A DNA stretch of 64,000 nucleotides from Candidatus Magasanikiibacteriota bacterium (GTDB lineage Bacteria > Patescibacteriota > Patescibacteriia > Magasanikbacterales > UBA922), in contig JBAYVA010000003.1 of NCBI GenBank assembly GCA_041674805.1, forward strand, positions 91,029 through 155,028, read 5' to 3'. The translations under genes were made by a program, and so were the position numbers. The notes below the pieces were generated by a model. It was not told the origin of the DNA. It did no database searches and saw only the letters and a program-made list of their open reading frames with translations. How positions within the stretch are numbered: position 1 is the stretch's first letter; the number at the start of each line of letters is the position of its first letter. This document shows positions 59,233 to 64,000 of the stretch, in pieces.

Positions 59233-59856
59233 TTAATTATTTTTGAAGAAATTTACTAAATCAGAAAAATTTGCAAAAGAAATACAATCTTTTTCTGGTT
59301 TACCAAATCCATATGAAACATGTATAAACTTTGTATTAGACAAATCTGCAGCCTGTTCATCCCAAACAGTATCACCAACATATACAGTATCTTCCAGAGA
59401 ATATTTCTTTTTCATATTCTGTATCATTTCACTTTTAGGTACTTGTGACATACCATGACAATCATAATCTACCAAAACATTTTCTAATTTAGAAAATTTC
59501 AAAAATAATTTAAGGTACCAATCTTGACAATTACTTACAACAAATACAGAATAATCTTTTGATAATTCTTTTATACCTTCCAGAACCCCCTCATAAAAAT
59601 CACCACCATATTGTTTTACAGATTCTGTTTCATGAAAATTAAAAGTCTCTAACAAATCAGGATATTTATCAGACAAATTTGGCAATAAAGACGTAATACA
59701 TTCTTGATATGGTTTGCCAGCAACACTCTCTAAATCTACAGCTGTTACGCGTGCTTCCTCACCCAAAGCTTCCAAGGCTTTGTTCCAGCCTTTAGCACTA
59801 GCAGAGCTAGCTTTCCACAGAGTGCCATCCATATCAAATATTATTGATTTTTTCAT
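59233..59856 (-). CDS. HAD-family hydrolase
   Basis: IFDMDGTLW, VVSN, YVGDT..D. Confidence 0.9.
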   Translation of the reverse strand: MKKSIIFDMDGTLWKASSASAKGWNKALEALGEEARVTAVDLESVAGKPYQECITSLLPNLSDKYPDLLETFNFHETESVKQYGGDFYEGVLEGIKELSKDYSVFVVSNCQDWYLKLFLKFSKLENVLVDYDCHGMSQVPKSEMIQNMKKKYSLEDTVYVGDTVWDEQAADLSNTKFIHVSYGFGKPEKDCISFANFSDLVNFFKNN

Positions 59857-59874
59857 ATATAATTTTAATTTATT

Positions 59875-60360
59875 TTATATTAAAAAACCCATCTCAAAAA
59901 CTTGTTTATTTTCTTCCCAATTTTTTTTACTAGCAAGTTTTTTTTCAAAAATCACAAAAATATCATCTTTGCTAATCAGATTTTTTTCTGACAAAAATTT
60001 GGCGATTACTCCCAAGAAAAAAATATTAAGACTACTACGTGATATTTTGTTTTGTAAAATTATTTCTTGATAATTTTTGAAATCAATAATTTCAGTATCA
60101 GCCGAAACATGTTCAGAAGTTCTCTCTCTTGCCTGCTCTGACATAAGTAACAAAAAATCTGCTTTGGCAAATTTTGGATAAAATATTTGTTTATCAGAAA
60201 CTTGGATGAAACTCAAAGAAACTCCACCGCGTTGTTCCAAACCATAATTTGGGATAGAGCTTACTTCAAAATTTTTGGCAAAAAAACATTCAGACACTAT
60301 TTTGGCAATTGTCTGCACACCTTGTCCTCCGTCTCCTGCAAGTAAAATTTTAAACTTCAT
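59875..60360 (-). CDS. 2-oxoacid:ferredoxin oxidoreductase gamma subunit
   Basis: LAGDGGQGV, YGLEQRGG.S. Confidence 0.88.
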   Translation of the reverse strand: MKFKILLAGDGGQGVQTIAKIVSECFFAKNFEVSSIPNYGLEQRGGVSLSFIQVSDKQIFYPKFAKADFLLLMSEQARERTSEHVSADTEIIDFKNYQEIILQNKISRSSLNIFFLGVIAKFLSEKNLISKDDIFVIFEKKLASKKNWEENKQVFEMGFLI

Positions 60361-60371
60361 ATTTTTAGAAA

Positions 60372-61037
60372 TTAATATTCACCCATTACAAAAACATTTT
60401 TCAAACCTTCCAAAAAGTTATTTGTTTCTATACCAAAAGTTTTCCATGAGGTCGGGCAATAAGACAAAACTTCGACAATAGCAAAGTTTCCTTCTTTTTG
60501 AGACTCAATAGCTTTTTGTAAATATTCTTGCAATTGTTTTGGATTGTTGACCGCTGTGCGAGCGACAAAAGCTTTTTTGTTGACGGCTCTAACCAAAGCC
60601 AAACCATCGATAGGCTCTTCACTATTACCTACTGGGGAAGTCAAAGTTATTTGATTTTTCATAGTTGTGGGTGCAGTTTGCCCACCAGTCATAGCATAGA
60701 CAGAATTATTGACCACAATCACCGTGACAGGATCATTACGTTTGGCAGACCACAACAAACTTTGCAAACCAATAGAATAAGCTCCACCATCTCCAGTGTA
60801 AGCAAAAGTCAGAGCTTCTGGTTTGGCACGTTTGAAACCAACCATTGTAGGAGTTACACGCCCATGATGTGTTTGGAAAGTATTAACTTGCAAAAAATCC
60901 CAAGCCAAAAGTGAACAGCCAATGTCCAAGCCTAAAACACTTTTTTGATCTTCCTTATTATTTTTCAAAATTTTGTATAAATTCTGTAAGATAATTGGAT
61001 GACCACAACCCATACAAAATTTGGCATCTTTGGACAT
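60372..61037 (-). CDS. 2-oxoacid:ferredoxin oxidoreductase beta subunit (TPP-binding)
   Basis: FCMGCGH, DIGCS, GDGG...NNSVYAMTGGQTAPTT, SYCPT. Confidence 0.9.
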   Translation of the reverse strand: MSKDAKFCMGCGHPIILQNLYKILKNNKEDQKSVLGLDIGCSLLAWDFLQVNTFQTHHGRVTPTMVGFKRAKPEALTFAYTGDGGAYSIGLQSLLWSAKRNDPVTVIVVNNSVYAMTGGQTAPTTMKNQITLTSPVGNSEEPIDGLALVRAVNKKAFVARTAVNNPKQLQEYLQKAIESQKEGNFAIVEVLSYCPTSWKTFGIETNNFLEGLKNVFVMGEY

Positions 61038-61038
61038 A

Positions 61039-62085
61039 TTATTTGTTACTTAAAACTAAATCAACAATTTCTTCCGCTTCAACACCAACCGCTGGTTTGA
61101 AAATTCCTGAAATTTTCACTTCATATTCCAAATTTTGTTTTACCAAATCTCGCAACTGACCAAGGCTAGATTCACAAACAAAAATATTTTTTATTTTTTT
61201 GGCAAGTTTGTTCAATTCATCTTTTGGAAAAGGGCTAAGTGAAATAGGGCGAAACAAAGCAACTTTTTTATTTTGTTTATTCAGCTCATCAACGGCTTCT
61301 TTGGCAACAGCTCCCACAATACCATGGGCAATAACTAAATTTTCCACATCATCTATAGCAACATCACCTGAATATATTTCAAACTCTACAATTTCTTTAC
61401 TCATTTCATCAAAATCTTGTTTATTTTTTTCAAGTTCAGACATCAATTCTTTTTCCAAAGTATAAATATTTCTAATATTTTTTTGACTAGTTTCATCTAC
61501 AAGCGCTAGCAATTTTTGGTTTTCAATTTTTGTTTCTGGCAAAGAAAAACTTTGTCTAGTTTTCAGCAAATAACCATCAGTCAAAAGAATACTAGGAAAA
61601 CGATATTTATAAGCATAATTAAAAACTTTGCGAGTCAGACTATACAATTCTTCAAGATTAGACGGAGATAAGACAATACGCATTCCCTCTCCATTGCCAC
61701 CATGAATACTCAAATTTACTTCTTGTTGCGAATAGATGACAGTACCTGAACTTGGTCCACCACGTTGCCCTATCAGAGCCACAAAAGGCAATCTCATACC
61801 TTCGGCCATACTAAGGGCATCTTGCATAAGTACTGTCCCCGGACCAGCTGTCGCTGTAAAAGCTTTGGCTCCCGCCATAACAGCACCACAAACAGCAAAA
61901 CCAGCCGCGACTTCATCTTCGGTTTGTAAACAATGCAAATTTTTATTTTGTAAAGATTTGTTTATCCAGCCAGACAATATTTCAGTAGTCGGTGTAATTG
62001 GGTAACCAAACATTTGGGTAGCTTCCGCATCTTCACAGGCTTCTAATACCACATCATAACCATTCAAAAATCTTTTTTCAGACAT
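61039..62085 (-). CDS. 2-oxoacid:ferredoxin oxidoreductase alpha subunit
   Basis: GYPITPTTE, QTEDE, TATAGPG, QRGGPSSG; start moved to MSEKRF. Confidence 0.9.
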   Translation of the reverse strand: MSEKRFLNGYDVVLEACEDAEATQMFGYPITPTTEILSGWINKSLQNKNLHCLQTEDEVAAGFAVCGAVMAGAKAFTATAGPGTVLMQDALSMAEGMRLPFVALIGQRGGPSSGTVIYSQQEVNLSIHGGNGEGMRIVLSPSNLEELYSLTRKVFNYAYKYRFPSILLTDGYLLKTRQSFSLPETKIENQKLLALVDETSQKNIRNIYTLEKELMSELEKNKQDFDEMSKEIVEFEIYSGDVAIDDVENLVIAHGIVGAVAKEAVDELNKQNKKVALFRPISLSPFPKDELNKLAKKIKNIFVCESSLGQLRDLVKQNLEYEVKISGIFKPAVGVEAEEIVDLVLSNK

Positions 62086-62092
62086 AATATTT

Positions 62093-62860
62093 TTAAGATA
62101 ATTTTTTCTTAGCTTGTTCCAATTGTTCCAAGGTATTGATACCAACAGTTTCTTCAGCTGGAATTATTACACTCTCTACTTTTTCATTTTGTGAAATAGC
62201 AATATCTACCAAATCAGTCAAATAGTATTCATTTTGAACATTATTAGTTTTCAAACTATTTATATTTTCCCAAAGCCACTTACTTTCAAAACAATAATAC
62301 GCTGCATTTCCTTCCGATATTTTTAATTCTTCTTCTGTACAGTCTTTTTTCTCGGTAATATTTATAACCTTTCCATTTTCATCACGCACTACCCGACCAA
62401 AATCAAAAAATCTGGCGTTATCTCCTTCTAAATTTGGCCAGCTAACCGAAGCCATAGTAACTTTTGTCTTTTCTTTGATATTATTTTGTATAATATCTTC
62501 CATAGTTTTTTGACTTATAAAAGGAGAATCACCTGGCAATACAATAATTTGTTCAAACTTATTTTTCATCACACCTTCAGCCATCATAACTGCATGCCCA
62601 GTACCCAGCTGTTCTTCTTGCAAAGCATAAATGACTTTGTCTCCAAAATAATTTTCTACCACTTCATGTTTAAAACCAACCACAAGACAAATTTGCTTAT
62701 CAGAAAAACCCATCTTACGCAAAGTATCTACCACATATTCTACAATAGGCTTACCATTCAAATCCAACATTACTTTTGGTCTGTCTGTGCAATTGAGACG
62801 AGTACCTTTGCCACCCGCCAAAATTACCACGCCGATTTTATTTAAATTAGTTTGTGACAT
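62093..62860 (-). CDS. GlmU-like uridylyltransferase (N-terminal domain only)
   Basis: ILAGGKGTR, PKV, QEEQLGTGHA, GDSP, NNVQNEYYLTD, GINT; no left-handed beta-helix acetyltransferase domain. Confidence 0.87.
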   Translation of the reverse strand: MSQTNLNKIGVVILAGGKGTRLNCTDRPKVMLDLNGKPIVEYVVDTLRKMGFSDKQICLVVGFKHEVVENYFGDKVIYALQEEQLGTGHAVMMAEGVMKNKFEQIIVLPGDSPFISQKTMEDIIQNNIKEKTKVTMASVSWPNLEGDNARFFDFGRVVRDENGKVINITEKKDCTEEELKISEGNAAYYCFESKWLWENINSLKTNNVQNEYYLTDLVDIAISQNEKVESVIIPAEETVGINTLEQLEQAKKKLS

Positions 62861-63482
62861 ATTCTTTTATTTCTGTTAAAGTTTTGAAATATTTTAAACC
62901 ACTTTTTTTATATTCTTCTTCTGTAAGAGTAACAGCTTGTTTCAAAATTACTTTTACTTCTGGAAAATCATTTTTTATTTTTTGACTTTCTTCAATTTTA
63001 TCGTTTATAAAAAATACATTACTATCTTTACTATCTTTATTTTCAGCTAAGATTTCTTTCACAACCAATTCTTTATCTTTACCACGAAAAAAAGCTTGCT
63101 TAAAATATTTAGAAATACGACACTCTTCAACTTTTAATTTCTGAAAGTTTTCATCACCCAAACTAAGTAAATACAAATCTTGCTTAGATTCTTTCAAACT
63201 TTCCAAAAAATAAATAGCATCTTCAAACAAAAAATTATTTATCTTTTCTTTAACTTTATTTAAATTATCCAAAACTTGTTTGTAATCAAATCCTTCTCTA
63301 TCCAAAATACTAGCATGCCTTTCAAAAGAATAAGAAAAATTTCCATCTGACAAAATTCTCGCCTCAGCATAAGTCTGCCAAAACAATTTTTCACCAATTC
63401 CCAAACTCAGCAAACTACTAGCTAATTCTTGTTTGAATTTTTGAGTATCAAATAGTGTGTCGTCAAAGTCGATGATGAACAT
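62847..63482 (-). CDS. HAD-like hydrolase
   Basis: IIDFDDTLFDT, LLSLG, FFINDK. Confidence 0.78.
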   Translation of the reverse strand: MFIIDFDDTLFDTQKFKQELASSLLSLGIGEKLFWQTYAEARILSDGNFSYSFERHASILDREGFDYKQVLDNLNKVKEKINNFLFEDAIYFLESLKESKQDLYLLSLGDENFQKLKVEECRISKYFKQAFFRGKDKELVVKEILAENKDSKDSNVFFINDKIEESQKIKNDFPEVKVILKQAVTLTEEEYKKSGLKYFKTLTEIKEYVTN

Positions 63483-63532
63483 AAAGTTTTTTCTACAATA
63501 TTCTGTTTAAAAAAATATTTTGCTATTTTTAT

Positions 63533-63609
63533 ATAAGAGATAAATAGAGATAAAATAGAGATAATAACAAAAAAATTTTATCTCTATTTTATCTCTTTAT
63601 CTCAGTTTA
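63533..63609. repeat. Intergenic ~9-10-mer periodic inverted repeat
   Basis: aagagataaatagagataaaatagagataa ... ttatctctattttatctctttatctc. Confidence 0.75.
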
Positions 63610-63661
63610 TTAACGATAACAACTAATAAAACTTTTACTATACCGCGGACTTCTTAAGCTG

Positions 63662-64000
63662 TTACAACGTCCCCCAAACCTGGTCAAATATCATTTTCTG
63701 TGTTTCACAAATTCCAACATTTTCAATAATCACGCCAACTAAATTATCTTTACTATCAAAAGAAATATAAGCGGTCTTGCCTGGATAAATAAAAATATAA
63801 GTTGGTGTTTTACTATTTTGCTTGAGCCACTTGCGTTCGTCGAGTCCTCGCAACTCGCCACCAGTACCTGTAGCAATCACTTTGACTTCAATATTCTTGG
63901 CAATACGCGCGTCGCTAAAGGATGGAAAATTTTCGTACAAATGCTCTGTCACTTTCTCAGCTGAATACACCCGATACAACTTTTCTTCTGAATTTTCACA
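63662..64000 (-). CDS. C-terminal part of a probable TrmB-family regulator (5' end outside window)
   Basis: Frame is open to the window edge; RIAKNIEVKVI...IY..KTAYIS...GVIIEN...TQKMIFD resembles CPR TrmB-like C-termini. Confidence 0.6.
   Translation of the reverse strand, partial: CENSEEKLYRVYSAEKVTEHLYENFPSFSDARIAKNIEVKVIATGTGGELRGLDERKWLKQNSKTPTYIFIYPGKTAYISFDSKDNLVGVIIENVGICETQKMIFDQVWGTL

Noticed and set aside
51416-62085. Reverse TCA carbon fixation
   Set aside because: Only citrate cleavage and one oxidoreductase are present; other cycle enzymes are absent from the window.
2159-62845. Numerous short ORFs antisense to or overlapping long genes in the ORF track
   Set aside because: They overlap well-supported genes and have no recognisable motifs.

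Overview
AT-rich bacterial chromosome segment, translation table 11, mostly minus-strand genes. Gene content (Cys-rich pilin, lone peptide-binding protein beside secG, four-helix-bundle genes, split citrate lyase, LexA fusion) suggests Patescibacteria/CPR; this is inference. The backbone carries surface-glycan genes, rnpB, tRNA-Leu, argS/tyrS/valS, gpmI/eno, rnj, uvrA, rplS, gmk, glmS and 2-oxoacid:ferredoxin oxidoreductase. The best candidate for an undescribed system is a tight operon of a GNAT acyltransferase, a pyruvoyl-type histidine decarboxylase and a 7TM-sensor histidine kinase (10033-13112), which looks like an (N-acyl)histamine signal synthase plus receptor. Other notable items: a LexA-C5 methyltransferase fusion paired with an HTH-restriction endonuclease and an AbiEii-WYL protein; a rare tRNA-Ile(UAU) within degenerate tRNA copies around a GIY-YIG nuclease; four-helix-bundle genes bracketed by inverted repeats, with empty versions of such elements elsewhere; palindromic and heptamer repeats inserted in frame in housekeeping proteins; a Zn-ribbon insertion in TyrRS; a catalytically dead gpmI paralog; a GNA1-like route to UDP-GlcNAc; and an uncalled histone-H1-like peptide. 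All protein assignments come from motif recognition by eye; no searches were run.
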